Shown: positions 20,964 through 32,497, numbered from the stretch's first letter. The stretch is 64,000 nt of DNA from Clostridium sp. 28_17 (GCA_001916065.1 MNRS01000020.1:55969-119968); one strand, 5' to 3'. The notes: generated from the sequence alone by a model not told the origin. Numbers and translations: made by a program.

Positions 20964-21611
20964 TTATTTTGTATTTTTAAAACTTAATTTGTTTTCTGTT
21001 CCACTTAAAATTCTTTTAATATTACTTCTATGATTATATAAAACAATTATGGCCAATATTACACTATAAACAAAATAAACTCTGCCACTTTTGCCATCTG
21101 TTAAAACAGTATAATGTTGATTTATGAATAATGTTAAAACAGGAAACAGAACTGCTGCCGCACATGATCCCAAAGATACCATTCTTGTTAAAGCCATCAA
21201 AACAACTGCAAATACTAAACAAATTAATCCTATTTGCCAATTACTCATAAGTAAAACCCCAAGTGATGTTGCTACACCTTTTCCACCTTTAAATCCAAAA
21301 AATATTGGAAATGTATGTCCTAAGACAACCGCGATACCTGCAATTTGCAAAAGCAATTCTCTGTCTAAATTTTTTGCTATATTTCCAACTATTATTGCAA
21401 TTACTATAGAAATAACTCCTTTTAAGATATCACATATTAATGTAATTGCTGCTGCTTTTTTTCCAACTGAACGCAACATATTAGTTGTTCCTGCATTTCC
21501 ACTTCCTTTTTCTCTTACATCAAATCCTGCCATTTTTTTGCTTATTAACACTGAAAAATTTATGCTACCTATTAGGTATGCTATTATTCCTACTATTATA
21601 TATATTGCCAT
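20964..21611 (-). CDS. plsY: Glycerol-3-phosphate acyltransferase PlsY.
   Basis: 215-aa polytopic membrane protein with PlsY motifs (GSGNAGTTN, FKGGKGVAT). Confidence 0.9.
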   Translation of the reverse strand: MAIYIIVGIIAYLIGSINFSVLISKKMAGFDVREKGSGNAGTTNMLRSVGKKAAAITLICDILKGVISIVIAIIVGNIAKNLDRELLLQIAGIAVVLGHTFPIFFGFKGGKGVATSLGVLLMSNWQIGLICLVFAVVLMALTRMVSLGSCAAAVLFPVLTLFINQHYTVLTDGKSGRVYFVYSVILAIIVLYNHRSNIKRILSGTENKLSFKNTK

Positions 21612-21767
21612 TTTTTAACCTCTCTTTCTATTTTTCCAGAATTCAAGTTGGAAAAGAATTAAATTTTGGCAAGGAGAATTTTATTTAAAAGGCAAAGGCG
21701 CATACGTTTGTATGTAACTGCGTTTTAAATGAAATTCGACATAGCCAAAATTGTAATTATTTTTCAA

Positions 21768-23093
21768 CTACTCCTTTTCACCTTTTTCTCTAACTATAAT
21801 TCTAACCGGTGTACCTTCTAATCCAAACTCTTTTCTTATTTGATTTACCAAATATCTTTGATAAGAAAAATGGAATAATTGTTTATTATTAACAAAAATA
21901 ACAAATGTTGGTGGCTTTGTAGAAGCCTGTGTTCCATAATAAATTTTTAATCTTCTTCCCTTATCTGTTGGTGGTTGAACAATTGCTATTGCCTCATTTA
22001 TTACTTGATTTAATACTGATGTTGATACTCTTAATGCATTTTGTTTTGCAACATTATTTATCATATCAAATAATTTATCAACCCTTTGACCAGTTTTTGC
22101 AGATATAAAAATCATTGGTGCATATGATAAATATGATAATTTTTCATAAACTTCTTTTTTGTATTTTTCTAATGTTCCTGTTGTTTTTTCGTATTCATCC
22201 CATTTGTTTACAACAATTATAACACCTTTTCCTGCTTCATGAGCCTCACCTGCAATTTTAGCATCTTGGTCTGTAACGCCATCATTTGCATCAATCATCA
22301 TTAAGCATACATCTGCCCTTTCAACTGCTAATAAACTTCTTTGAACACTATATTTTTCTATTTGTTCATTTACTTTTGCTTTTTTTCTAATACCCGCTGT
22401 ATCTATTAAAATATATTTCCCATGTTCATTTTCAAATGGTGAATCTATTGCATCTCTAGTTGTTCCTGCAATATTACTTACAATTGTTCTTTTTTCTCCT
22501 AAAATTTTATTTATTAAAGAAGATTTACCAACATTTGGTTTTCCTATTATAGCAACTTTGATGATTTCTTCGTCATCCTCTGATTCATCTTTTTCTGGAA
22601 AATGTTCATATATTGCGTCTAATACATCACCTATTCCTAAAGCATTTGATGCTGATATTGGATATGGGTCCCCTAATCCTAAATTATAAAACTCATATGC
22701 TTCTTGTCTATCTTTTTCGTAATTATCTGCTTTGTTACATACTAGGACAATTGGTTTTCCCGATTTTTTAAGCATTAATGCAATTTCTCTGTCAGCTGCT
22801 GTTACACCTTGCCTAATATCTGTTAAAAAGATTATTACATCTGCCATTGATATTGCTAAATTTGCTTGTTCTCTCATTTGAGATAATATGATATCTTCTG
22901 ATTCTGGTTCGATACCTCCTGTATCTACCAATGTGAATTTTCTTCCACGCCAATTTGTTTCTGCATATATTCTATCTCTTGTTACACCTGGCGTGTCTTG
23001 AACAATTGATATTCTACTTCCTGCCAAATAGTTGAAAAATGTTGATTTTCCTACATTTGGTTTTCCTATTATTGCTACTATTGGTTTTGCCAT
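21768..23093 (-). CDS. der: Ribosome-biogenesis GTPase Der (EngA), with two tandem GTPase domains and a KH-like domain.
   Basis: 441 aa with two G-domains (GKPNVGKST x2). Classic der-plsY-gpsA arrangement. Confidence 0.95.
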   Translation of the reverse strand: MAKPIVAIIGKPNVGKSTFFNYLAGSRISIVQDTPGVTRDRIYAETNWRGRKFTLVDTGGIEPESEDIILSQMREQANLAISMADVIIFLTDIRQGVTAADREIALMLKKSGKPIVLVCNKADNYEKDRQEAYEFYNLGLGDPYPISASNALGIGDVLDAIYEHFPEKDESEDDEEIIKVAIIGKPNVGKSSLINKILGEKRTIVSNIAGTTRDAIDSPFENEHGKYILIDTAGIRKKAKVNEQIEKYSVQRSLLAVERADVCLMMIDANDGVTDQDAKIAGEAHEAGKGVIIVVNKWDEYEKTTGTLEKYKKEVYEKLSYLSYAPMIFISAKTGQRVDKLFDMINNVAKQNALRVSTSVLNQVINEAIAIVQPPTDKGRRLKIYYGTQASTKPPTFVIFVNNKQLFHFSYQRYLVNQIRKEFGLEGTPVRIIVREKGEKE

Positions 23094-23311
23094 TATATTT
23101 CTCCTTTCACTCTTTTATCCTTTTTAAACATTATTTAATTAATACCAGTTATTTTTGTGATTTTTTCTACTTTTTACTTTTGTTTTTAATATCTATATTT
23201 TACTATATTGGCTCTAAAATTGCAAGAAATTGTTAAAATACTATTTAATTTTTTTAAATTTTGTATTATAATATAAATGTAACTATGTAGTTTAACATTA
23301 AAGGAGTAAAT

Positions 23312-23572
23312 ATGAATATGATTGAACAATCAATTTTTATTGGATGCATCTGTATATTGGGATGTTTGCTTTCCATATTAAATTACAATATGGTATGTTA
23401 TAAAACAAACATACATATCAGACGAAAAGCAAAAGCATTAAGAAAAAAATACTTTTACGAAATGATTTTAATGTTAATTGTATCGAGTATTTATTTTATT
23501 TACAGTATTTATAATATAATTGAAAATGAAATAAATATTTCAATTGATACAATAGTAAAAGGCCTATTCTAA
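23312..23572 (+). CDS. Hypothetical small membrane protein.
   Basis: 86-aa hydrophobic ORF preceded by AAAGGAG. Followed by the hairpin at 23557-23583. Confidence 0.4.
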   Translation: MNMIEQSIFIGCICILGCLLSILNYNMVCYKTNIHIRRKAKALRKKYFYEMILMLIVSSIYFIYSIYNIIENEINISIDTIVKGLF

Positions 23573-23583
23573 GGCCTTTTTTC
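23557..23583. terminator. Bidirectional rho-independent terminator between convergent genes.
   Basis: aaaaggcctattctaaggcctttttt: an 8-bp GC-containing stem flanked by A- and T-runs. Confidence 0.6.
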
Positions 23584-23585
23584 TT

Positions 23586-25625
23586 TTACTTTATAAATAA
23601 ACTTTTAATTTTCTTAATAACATAATGGCTTCCACCACTACTATTATTTTGAGTATTTTCAACCATACCTATAATAAGCATATCATTATCATTATTATTG
23701 ACTGTAAAGCAATCAAACCAACCCAATGTACCACTTTCAGTATCTGTACTAGAATTTTTCAATTCTGCAGTTCCAGTTTTTCCGGCAATAGTAACACCTG
23801 GTACTTTCATATCAGTTGCAGTTCCCTCTGGGTTTTCTACAACCTGAATCAAGTCATCCTTCACTGTATTAGCAGCCTCTGATGTAAACGCATTTTCTTT
23901 TAAATATTCTGTATTTCCTGTTTTATATTCTATATATGGTTTTACCATGTTTCCGTTATTTGCAAATGCTGAATAAATTGATGCCATATGTATTGGATTA
24001 ACAAGTATATTACCTTGACCATATCCTGAATCGGCTAATTGTTTTTCATTCATATCTGCTTTTTCAGAATTTGAATATTGTGATTTTTTGAATGTTAATG
24101 GAAATCCTATTGTTTTATCAACATCTTCATTAAATCCTAATTTATCAAGTCCTGAGCAGAATGTATCTTTACCAATTTGCATTGCTGCTTGGCCAAAGAA
24201 TATGTTGTCAGAATGTATTAAAGCATTTGCTACATTTTTAGGTCCGTTATACGCAGTTAGTGTTGTTATATAAACATCTCCCCAACTTGAATTTTTTTGC
24301 CATTTTAATCCTGAATAATTAAATGTTGTATCCGTTGTTAATTTTCCACTCGTTAACCCTATTGCAGCAGTTATCGGTTTAAAAGTCGAACCTGGGCAAT
24401 AACTTTGTAAAAATCTATTATATAATGGTTTACTTTCATCGTTATTTAATTCTTCCCATTTTGAAGATGTCATGCCTAACACAAAATCATTTGAATTATA
24501 TGATGGTGTGCTTACTGTTGCAAGTAATTCACCTGTTGTTGGATTCATAACTACAAAAAAGCCTTTATCATTTTTCATTTGATTATATAAATTTTTTTGT
24601 ATTCCACTATCAATTGTTAATTTGACATCTGTTCCATCTTTTTTATCTTGAGTTGCTAAGGTTTTTAATTTATTACCATTTTCATCTGCTATATAAATTT
24701 CCGTTCCATCAATACCTCTTAAAGTATCTTCATATGCTTGTTCTAAACCTGCTTTTCCAATAATACTACTTGAATTATATCCTTTTCCTTCTTTTTGTTT
24801 TAATTCTTCTGCACTAATTGCTTGAACATATCCAATCAAATGTGCGGCCTCTTCTCCAAGTGGATACACTCTGGCATCAACACTTGTTATTTTGATTCCT
24901 GGTATTTCTAACAATTTACTCTTTAATTCTGTATTATCTGCAGAAACTTTTTTGATTGGTACAAATGTATCATCTTTTACATAAGATGCAGATATTTGTG
25001 TATTTATATAATCTGTTGAAACACCTGTCAATTCTGATATTTTGCTTATATTTTCTGTTTTATTTTCTCCTAATTTACCTGGTACAATTCCAACACTTGA
25101 AATACTTCCATTTTGTGCAAGTTTTGCCCCATTTCTATCTAAAATTTCTCCTCTTTTTGCAGATAATGTAGAAACTCTTACTTTGTCTGTATTTCTTAAT
25201 TCTGGAAAAATCATATTAGATGTCCAACTTATTTTATATTCCTTGTTTTCCCTTACTAATTTTGCTATATTTTCAAAACTAATTGTTCCTGCAGATGTAG
25301 ACATACTTTCATTATATTTAATGCTATATGTTTTGCCATCTTTTGTTGTTTCGGATGGTGTAACTTTTATGTCATATGCATCAATTCCTTCATATATATT
25401 TTTGTTTCTTTTTATGAAGTCTTCCTGTGATATTTGTGTTTTTGAATATTCAGAAATCATATTATACATTTCTTCATATTTTTGTTCATTTAACAATGAT
25501 ATATAAGTACCTAGTGCTTCTTCTGGCTTTGGAGTATTTCTATTTACTATATATAATGCTCCAACAATAATTGCTATTACTACTATTATTACAATTGCAA
25601 ATATTACTATTTTTTTGTTTTTCAT
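23586..25625 (-). CDS. Penicillin-binding protein: MecA/PBP2a-like N-terminal NTF2-like domain, then a dimerisation domain and a transpeptidase domain.
   Basis: 679 aa. N-terminal TM. Transpeptidase motifs STFK (..CPGSTFKPIT), SxN (HSDN) and KTG (AGKTGTAE). Confidence 0.85.
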   Translation of the reverse strand: MKNKKIVIFAIVIIVVIAIIVGALYIVNRNTPKPEEALGTYISLLNEQKYEEMYNMISEYSKTQISQEDFIKRNKNIYEGIDAYDIKVTPSETTKDGKTYSIKYNESMSTSAGTISFENIAKLVRENKEYKISWTSNMIFPELRNTDKVRVSTLSAKRGEILDRNGAKLAQNGSISSVGIVPGKLGENKTENISKISELTGVSTDYINTQISASYVKDDTFVPIKKVSADNTELKSKLLEIPGIKITSVDARVYPLGEEAAHLIGYVQAISAEELKQKEGKGYNSSSIIGKAGLEQAYEDTLRGIDGTEIYIADENGNKLKTLATQDKKDGTDVKLTIDSGIQKNLYNQMKNDKGFFVVMNPTTGELLATVSTPSYNSNDFVLGMTSSKWEELNNDESKPLYNRFLQSYCPGSTFKPITAAIGLTSGKLTTDTTFNYSGLKWQKNSSWGDVYITTLTAYNGPKNVANALIHSDNIFFGQAAMQIGKDTFCSGLDKLGFNEDVDKTIGFPLTFKKSQYSNSEKADMNEKQLADSGYGQGNILVNPIHMASIYSAFANNGNMVKPYIEYKTGNTEYLKENAFTSEAANTVKDDLIQVVENPEGTATDMKVPGVTIAGKTGTAELKNSSTDTESGTLGWFDCFTVNNNDNDMLIIGMVENTQNNSSGGSHYVIKKIKSLFIK

Positions 25626-25680
25626 ATAATCACATCTCCTTTTGAAAGTATAATATCATATTAATTTTTACAAATCAAGA

Positions 25681-28288
25681 TTAAATCCACTCTTTATATT
25701 TTTTGATATAGATTCTCTTTGCAAAAGAAGCAATAATGCAATATAAAAATGTAACAACAAAAATCATAAACAAATATTTTGCACCAATAGGTACAAGTCC
25801 AATAGCATTGCCCAAAGTTGTAAATGGCACAACAATACCAACTAATATCAATAAAATTGATGATGCATATACATATTTATGAGCATTACTTTGAATAAAT
25901 GGAACTTTAGCAGTTCTTATTATATGCATTCCAACTAAGTTTGAAACTATGCTATAAGTAAACCAAATTGTTTGAAAATGTGATACATCTCTTAATCTAA
26001 ATACAAACCATAATGTTAAAAATACAACAATGTCAAATGCTGAGCTTACAGGTCCCATAAATAGCATAAATCTCTTTAAACTCTTGATATCTAGTTTCTT
26101 TGGTTTTTCTAACTGTTCTTTATCAACATGATCAAATGGTAATGTCATTTGTCCAAAGTCGTATATTAAGCCTTCAACTAATAATTGAATTGGTGTTTCC
26201 GGTAAAAATGGCAAAAATATACTTGCTACAATTACAGATACAACTTCTCCAAAGTTGAAACTTGTTGCCATTTTGATATATTTCATTAAGTTTACAAATG
26301 TACGTCTTCCGTTCTTCAACACCGTCTAGCAATACATTTAAATCTTTTTCAAGTAAAATTATGTCTGCTGATTCTTTTGCAATATCAACCGCTGTATCTA
26401 CCGATACACCTACATCTGAATTTGTTAATGATGGACTGTCATTTATTCCATCTCCCATATAGCCTACTACATTCCCATTTTGTCTTAATAGTCTTACAAT
26501 TCTAGCTTTTTGTATTGGAGAAAGTTTTGCGAATATATTTGACTTCTTTAATAAACGTATTACCCCAATGTCTGGAAGTTTTTCAATTTGGCTTCCTAAT
26601 ACAATATTTCTAGAATTTATTCCCACTTTTTCGCATACACATCTAGTTACATCAGCATTATCACCAGTAAGAACTATAACTCTAATTCCTGCTTTATTTA
26701 GTCTTTTGATAGATTCTTTCGCACTTTCTTTTGGTGGATCTAAGAATCCTATAAATCCAAGCAATATCATATTTTTCTCGTCTGATACTTCAAAATTTGT
26801 TTTGTTTTCCATATCATTTTTTTGGCAAACCGCAACAACTCTTAACCCTTCTTTGTTTAATTGTTTACTGATTTTTTTGATATTATCTTTAATTTCTTTT
26901 GTTATTTTGCTAACTTGTCCTTTATAGTCAACCATAGTACAGATGCTCAATATTTCTTCAACTGCACCTTTTGTAATTAATTGTCTTTTTTCTCCATCTG
27001 ATACAATAACTGATAAGCGTCTCCTAGAAAAATCAAATGGTATTTCGTCAATTATTTTATATTTTTCTGTAATTTCCATTAAATTATTTTCAGAAGCTCT
27101 TTTTATTACTGCTTCGTCTATGCTTCCTTTTAATCCAGTTTGAAAATACGAATTTAGAAATGCGTGTTTCAAAACTCTTATATCTTCATCACCATTTACG
27201 TCCAAATATCTTTCAAGTACGATTTTATCTTCAGTCAATGTTCCTGTTTTATCTGTACATAAAATATTCATTGCTCCAAAATTTTGAATTGAATCAAGTT
27301 TTTTAACAATAGTTTTCTTTTTTGACATTCTTATTGCACCTTTAGATAAACTTGATGATAAAATTACTGGCAATAATAGTGGTGTTATACATATTGCTAT
27401 TGCAACTGCAAATGTAAATGCTATTACAAATTCATGTTTTTCAACATTTATAACAAATACTAATGGTATCATAAACAACATAAATTTTATTAACAATCTA
27501 CTTATGTTTTCAATTCCTTTTTGAAATGCTGTTTTGGCTTTTCCAGCAGTTATTGTGTGTGCTATTTTCCCAAAATATGTTGAATCTGCAGTTTTTATTA
27601 CAACACCTTTTGCTGAACCTGATACTACATTTGTTCCCATAAAACAAATATTATCAAAATCTGATATATTATCAATTTCGTCTTCTTTATCTTCTAATTC
27701 TACAGTTTTCTTAACACTATCAGATTCACCTGTTAAAGATGATTGTCCAACATACAAGTCTTTTGCTTCAATTACTCTTAAATCTGCTGGTATCATGCTT
27801 CCTGCAGATAATACAACAGTATCTCCAATTACTACATCTTTAATTGGAATATCTATTTTTTTTCCATTTCTAATTACAGTTGTTTTTGTTGCAACCATTT
27901 TCTTTAATTTTTCTGCTGCTTTATTTGACCTATATTCTTCAAAGAAATCTAATAAAGTACTTGCTATTACTAATATTGCTATTACTATAATATTTGCATA
28001 ACTTGGTGCTTCAGCCAAAATCACGTCTGTATAAATTAATATAAGTGCAATTCCAATTAATATGCAATTAAATGGTGTGACCAAACTTTCCCAAAAATAG
28101 TTGTACCACTTTTTAGGTTTTGCTTGTCTTATTTCGTTTGGTCCTAATCTTCGAAATTTTTCTTCTGCTTCTTCGTTTGTTATTCCGTTTTCTGTTATTT
28201 TGTATTTTTGTATAAACTCATCTTTACTTATTTTGCTTTCACTTGCATACATTTTATTTATATTTACATCTTCTTTGGTATTCGCCAT
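25681..28288 (-). pseudogene. Mg2+/cation-transporting P-type ATPase (MgtA-like), read as two overlapping ORFs (26174..28288 and 25681..26322) because of a 1-nt frameshift at about 26308-26313 (plus tccgtt).
   Basis: DKTGTLT phosphorylation motif. TGDN and GDGINDSPSL motifs. Deleting the C of gaa-gaa-cgg joins the frames as ...LLDGVEEGRRTFVNLMKYIKM, matching the MgtA consensus (..EGRRTFxNMxKYIKM). Confidence 0.85.
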
Positions 28289-28429
28289 TAAAAATCACAT
28301 TCCTCTCTTATAATATTAAAATTACAATTTACTTCTATAAATGAATATTTATAATTAACAATATATTATTAATTTATAAATATTTTTTACTGTAAATTGT
28401 AATAATATTTTCTATACTATTATGGCACA

Positions 28430-28924
28430 TTATTTTTCAAATAATACAATTTGATTTTGTTTTAAACTTTTTTGAACATCAATAACTCTTTGATTTGAAG
28501 AGCCTTTCCACTTTAAAGTAGGATTATGTAATTCGTCAACATATTGTCCATCAACTAAAACATCCAAATATTTAGCAACTTCTTTATCTTTTAAATCTTT
28601 ATCAAATTTAAAACCTGACCACGCCCATACACTTTTGTTAGGATATTTTGCTTTAAATGCTTTAGCTAATTTTGTAGTGTTTTCAATATTTCTAGGATGC
28701 ATTGGTTCACCACCTAATATTGATAGTCCTTCAATATTGTCATTATCTGATAATTCCAATATTCTATCTATTGTTGCATCTGTAAATTCTTTCCCGCCAT
28801 TAAAATCATGTGTTTCTGGATTGAAACAGTTTTTACAGTTGAATGCACAACCTTGCATAAATATTGATACTCTTACTCCTGGTCCATTTGAAATGTCCAT
28901 TTTTCTAATTTTATTATACCCCAT
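28430..28924 (-). CDS. nrdG: Anaerobic ribonucleotide reductase activating protein (radical SAM).
   Basis: 164 aa. CxxxCxxC-type cluster (GCAFNCKNC). Sits directly downstream of nrdD. Confidence 0.9.
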   Translation of the reverse strand: MGYNKIRKMDISNGPGVRVSIFMQGCAFNCKNCFNPETHDFNGGKEFTDATIDRILELSDNDNIEGLSILGGEPMHPRNIENTTKLAKAFKAKYPNKSVWAWSGFKFDKDLKDKEVAKYLDVLVDGQYVDELHNPTLKWKGSSNQRVIDVQKSLKQNQIVLFEK

Positions 28925-29007
28925 TTTATATCATCCTTCTTTTGTCCATTTCAAGACGGTTCTGCTTTGAATCAAGTTCCAAACATAACCGTCCCAAAAA
29001 AGACTTT

Positions 29008-31173
29008 TTATTCATCATCTTTATTATCAATGTGTAAAACTCTTTCTTTTATTTCTTGAGTTCTTCCTTTATTCCAGAAATTACTTCCAATATAACCACA
29101 AGTTCTTCTTGCGACATTTAATGTATTGTGGTCTCTGTTTCCACAATTTGGGCAATACCATTCTAGATTATCATCAATTAAAATTTCTCCATCATATCCA
29201 CATTTTTGGCAATAATCTGATTTTGTATTTAATTCTGCATACATAATATTGTCATAAATAAATCTGATTATTTGTAGAACAACTTCTAAGTTATCTTGTA
29301 GGTTTGGAGTTTCTACATATGATATTGCTCCACCTGGACTTAATTCTTGAAATTGACTTTCTAATTTCAATTTAGAAAATGCATCTATTTCTTCAAATAC
29401 TGGTACATGATATGAGTTTGTTATATAGTTCTTGTCTGTTATTCCTTCTACAACTCCGAATCTTTCTTTTAAACATTTTGCAAATTTATATGTTGTTGAC
29501 TCAATTGGTGAACCATAAACACTGTAATCAATATCTTCTTTTTCTTTCCACTCTTTGCATTTTTCATTTAATTTTTTCATTACTTCAATTGCAAATTCTT
29601 TTCCTTCTCCATTATCTGTATGGCTCTTGTCTGTCATGTATTTAACACATTCATATAAACCTGCATATCCAAGTGATATTGTTGAATATCCACCATGTAA
29701 TAATGGATGAATTGGTGCTCCTTTTGGTAATCTTGCAAATGCTCCGTGTTGCCATAAAATTGGTGCAACATCACTCGTTACTTTGCTTAATCTTTCATGT
29801 CTTGCTTGTAATGCTCTATGGCATAGTTCAAGTCTTTCATCATATATTTTCCAGAATTTATTTCTATCTTTTCCAGATGTTAATGCAACATCAACTAAGT
29901 TTATTGTTACAACACCTTGGTTAAACCTACCATAATATTTTGGTTTGTTTGTTTCTGGGTCTACATATGGTGTTAAGAATGAACGGCAACCCATACATGG
30001 ATAACAATGTCCTTCTCCATTTTTGTCAACTTTTAATTCTTTCATTTTCTTTTCTGATATGTAATCTGGCACCATTCTTTTTGCCGTACATTTTGCTGCA
30101 AGTTCTGTTAAATACCAGTATTTACCGTTTTTATTAATATTGTCTTCTTCTAATACGTATAACAATTTTGGGAATGCTGGTGTTACATATACACCTTTTT
30201 CATTTTTGAATCCTTCTATTCTTTGTTTTAAGAATTCTTCTATAATCATTGCTAATTCTTCTTTATACTCATCTGTTTCTCCTAAGTACATACATACTGA
30301 TAAGAAAGGTGCTTGTCCATTTGTGTTTGTCATTGAATTAACTTGATAATTAAATGTTTGAACACCGTCAGATACTTCTTTTCTTGTATCTTGTTTTGCA
30401 TAATCTTCACATTGTTTTTCTGTTAATCCTCTGTCTTTGTATTTTTTATAATATTTATCATAACTACTTTTTACAAATGGTGCTAAATGTGATAATGATA
30501 TTGTTGCACCACCATATGTTGATGATGTAACACCTAAAATTATTTGCGTTGCTATTGTACATGCTGTTATAAATCTGTGTGGTTTTTCTATCATAACTCC
30601 ATTCATAATTGTTCCATTTTGTAACATATCTTCTAAGTTAATAAGTTCACAGTTTGTTAATGCATTTTGTGCAAAATAGTCTGCGTCGTGGAAATGAATT
30701 ATTCCTTCATCATGTGCTTTTACTATATCTTCTGGTAATAAAAATCTTCTTGTGATATCTGTGCTTGTTATTCCTGCTAAATAATCTCTTTGTGTTGTTA
30801 CAACTGTTGCATTTTTGTTAGAGTTTTCGTTGTTCCAGTATTCACTTTCACCTTCAATTAATTCTTTTATTGATTGGTCTGTTGTGTTTGCTTTTCTAAC
30901 TAATGCTCTTGTGTATCTATATGTGATATATGTTTTTGCTAATTGATATTTTTCTAATGACATTAATTTTTGTTCTATTATATCTTGGATATCTTCAACT
31001 AATATTCTTGATTTTTTTAGATCTTCAATATAAGTTATTATTTCATCAATTTCTGCATCTGTTGCTTTTTCTTTTCTTGATACTTCTTTGTTAGCCTTTT
31101 TAATTGCTATTCTGATTTTTTCTGGATTATAGTCTACTATTGATCCATCTCTTTTTATGATTTTCATTTCCAT
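29008..31173 (-). CDS. nrdD: Anaerobic ribonucleoside-triphosphate reductase (class III RNR). Start taken at MEMKIIKRDG, preceded by GGGGAGG. The ORF track extends it to 31212.
   Basis: N-terminal ATP-cone. Glycyl-radical C-terminus (..RTCGYIG..). Cys4 Zn ribbon (CQKCGY...CPNCG). Confidence 0.95.
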   Translation of the reverse strand: MEMKIIKRDGSIVDYNPEKIRIAIKKANKEVSRKEKATDAEIDEIITYIEDLKKSRILVEDIQDIIEQKLMSLEKYQLAKTYITYRYTRALVRKANTTDQSIKELIEGESEYWNNENSNKNATVVTTQRDYLAGITSTDITRRFLLPEDIVKAHDEGIIHFHDADYFAQNALTNCELINLEDMLQNGTIMNGVMIEKPHRFITACTIATQIILGVTSSTYGGATISLSHLAPFVKSSYDKYYKKYKDRGLTEKQCEDYAKQDTRKEVSDGVQTFNYQVNSMTNTNGQAPFLSVCMYLGETDEYKEELAMIIEEFLKQRIEGFKNEKGVYVTPAFPKLLYVLEEDNINKNGKYWYLTELAAKCTAKRMVPDYISEKKMKELKVDKNGEGHCYPCMGCRSFLTPYVDPETNKPKYYGRFNQGVVTINLVDVALTSGKDRNKFWKIYDERLELCHRALQARHERLSKVTSDVAPILWQHGAFARLPKGAPIHPLLHGGYSTISLGYAGLYECVKYMTDKSHTDNGEGKEFAIEVMKKLNEKCKEWKEKEDIDYSVYGSPIESTTYKFAKCLKERFGVVEGITDKNYITNSYHVPVFEEIDAFSKLKLESQFQELSPGGAISYVETPNLQDNLEVVLQIIRFIYDNIMYAELNTKSDYCQKCGYDGEILIDDNLEWYCPNCGNRDHNTLNVARRTCGYIGSNFWNKGRTQEIKERVLHIDNKDDE

Positions 31174-31456
31174 ATCCTCCCCTTGATTAAGTATGCACCT
31201 ATTATATATCATCCGGAAAGTTTTTCTGTTGCAATTGCAACATTTTATGAAAAAGATTTTTTTGCATTTTTTTGTCGGCTTGGCTCTAGGCTTTTTTCTT
31301 TTGTTACATTTTCGTTACATTTTTTGTAACGAATTCTGTAACCTTAAAAAGTTATGATAACGCAAAAACAGGATATAGAATTTTATCTCTTTTATCCTGT
31401 TTACATTTAAATATTTTTATCATAAAAATTCATTTATATTTCAAACGATTTTTTAA

Positions 31457-32122
31457 TTAGATTTCTAATTTTTCTATTTCTTCTTTTGTAAGACCTGTTG
31501 CTTTACTTATTACTTCAATTGATATTTTTTGTTGTAATAATTTTTTTGCAACACTTATCATTCCTTCTTTTATTCCTTCTTTTATTCCTTCTTTTATCCC
31601 TTTGTAATATCCTGCATCTTCTGTTGCTTTTTGGTCCATTATGTATTTTTCTCTTAATTCAGCCAAATATCTTTCATGCTCATCACTACTTATTTTTTCT
31701 AATTCTTTTTGGGCTTTTTTTATTGCTACATTTTCATCCATATTTACCACCTCTGGATTCTCTATAAATTTTAACCATGAGTCCACTTGTTTCTTCTTAT
31801 TTTCTTTATACTTTATGAACTTTGGTAACTCAATTATATACAATTCCATGACATCTGTCAATATAACCTGGCGGTATTCTTCCTCTCTTATTTGCCATTT
31901 TGTTTGATATTTGGGGATTTGTTTTAATGATTCTAATTCATAATCTGTTATTAGTATTGCTATTGTTTTTTCTAATTTTGAATAGTCTTTTCCTGCTTTT
32001 ATACTTTTACTAAATAATCTACTCCAATAAAACAATAATCTTCTCTCTATGTCATTTTTATCAACTATCTGCATCTCTATATCACAATTAATAGCACTAT
32101 TTATTTTTGCTTTAATGTCCAA
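31457..32122 (-). CDS. Rpn/YhgA-family PD-(D/E)XK nuclease (recombination-promoting nuclease / putative transposase family). The conserved N-terminus continues in frame upstream to about 32330 but has no canonical start codon, so this is possibly a degraded gene.
   Basis: The ORF starts at TTG (MDIKAK..). The upstream in-frame translation ..IVKLLNPKNDYVFKRIFGQIGNEDITASLISSIV.. is the hallmark Rpn N-terminus (LLxPKNDxxFKxxFG). There is no ATG or GTG between the upstream stop and that motif. Confidence 0.65.
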   Translation of the reverse strand: MDIKAKINSAINCDIEMQIVDKNDIERRLLFYWSRLFSKSIKAGKDYSKLEKTIAILITDYELESLKQIPKYQTKWQIREEEYRQVILTDVMELYIIELPKFIKYKENKKKQVDSWLKFIENPEVVNMDENVAIKKAQKELEKISSDEHERYLAELREKYIMDQKATEDAGYYKGIKEGIKEGIKEGMISVAKKLLQQKISIEVISKATGLTKEEIEKLEI

Positions 32123-32449
32123 AATTCCTACTTTGTCATCAAATAAATCTTTTTCAAGTATTGTATTATTGTCTAATTCAACATTCGTTATTTCTTTGTC
32201 AACTATTGAACTTATTAATGAAGCAGTTATGTCTTCGTTTCCAATTTGTCCAAATATTCTTTTGAAGACATAGTCGTTTTTCGGGTTTAATAATTTTACT
32301 ATGTTGCATTCCTTCTTTCTATATTTAATTTTTTTCTTGAAACTTTGGCAGATTTGCCATAAATTGAATTAATAAAATATCGTTTGAAATATAATATCAT
32401 TATATTAACATAAAAAGTTTATATATTCAATAGATATTTAAAAATTTGT

Positions 32450-32497
32450 TTAAAAAATAAAAGTTATCAAAATGGAATACTCCCTCTTGATAACTTT
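32450..32497 (-). terminator. Rho-independent terminator downstream of the 32504..32971 gene (also hairpin-capable on the plus strand).
   Basis: aagttatcaa...ttgataactt: a 10-bp stem flanked by A- and T-runs. Confidence 0.55.
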
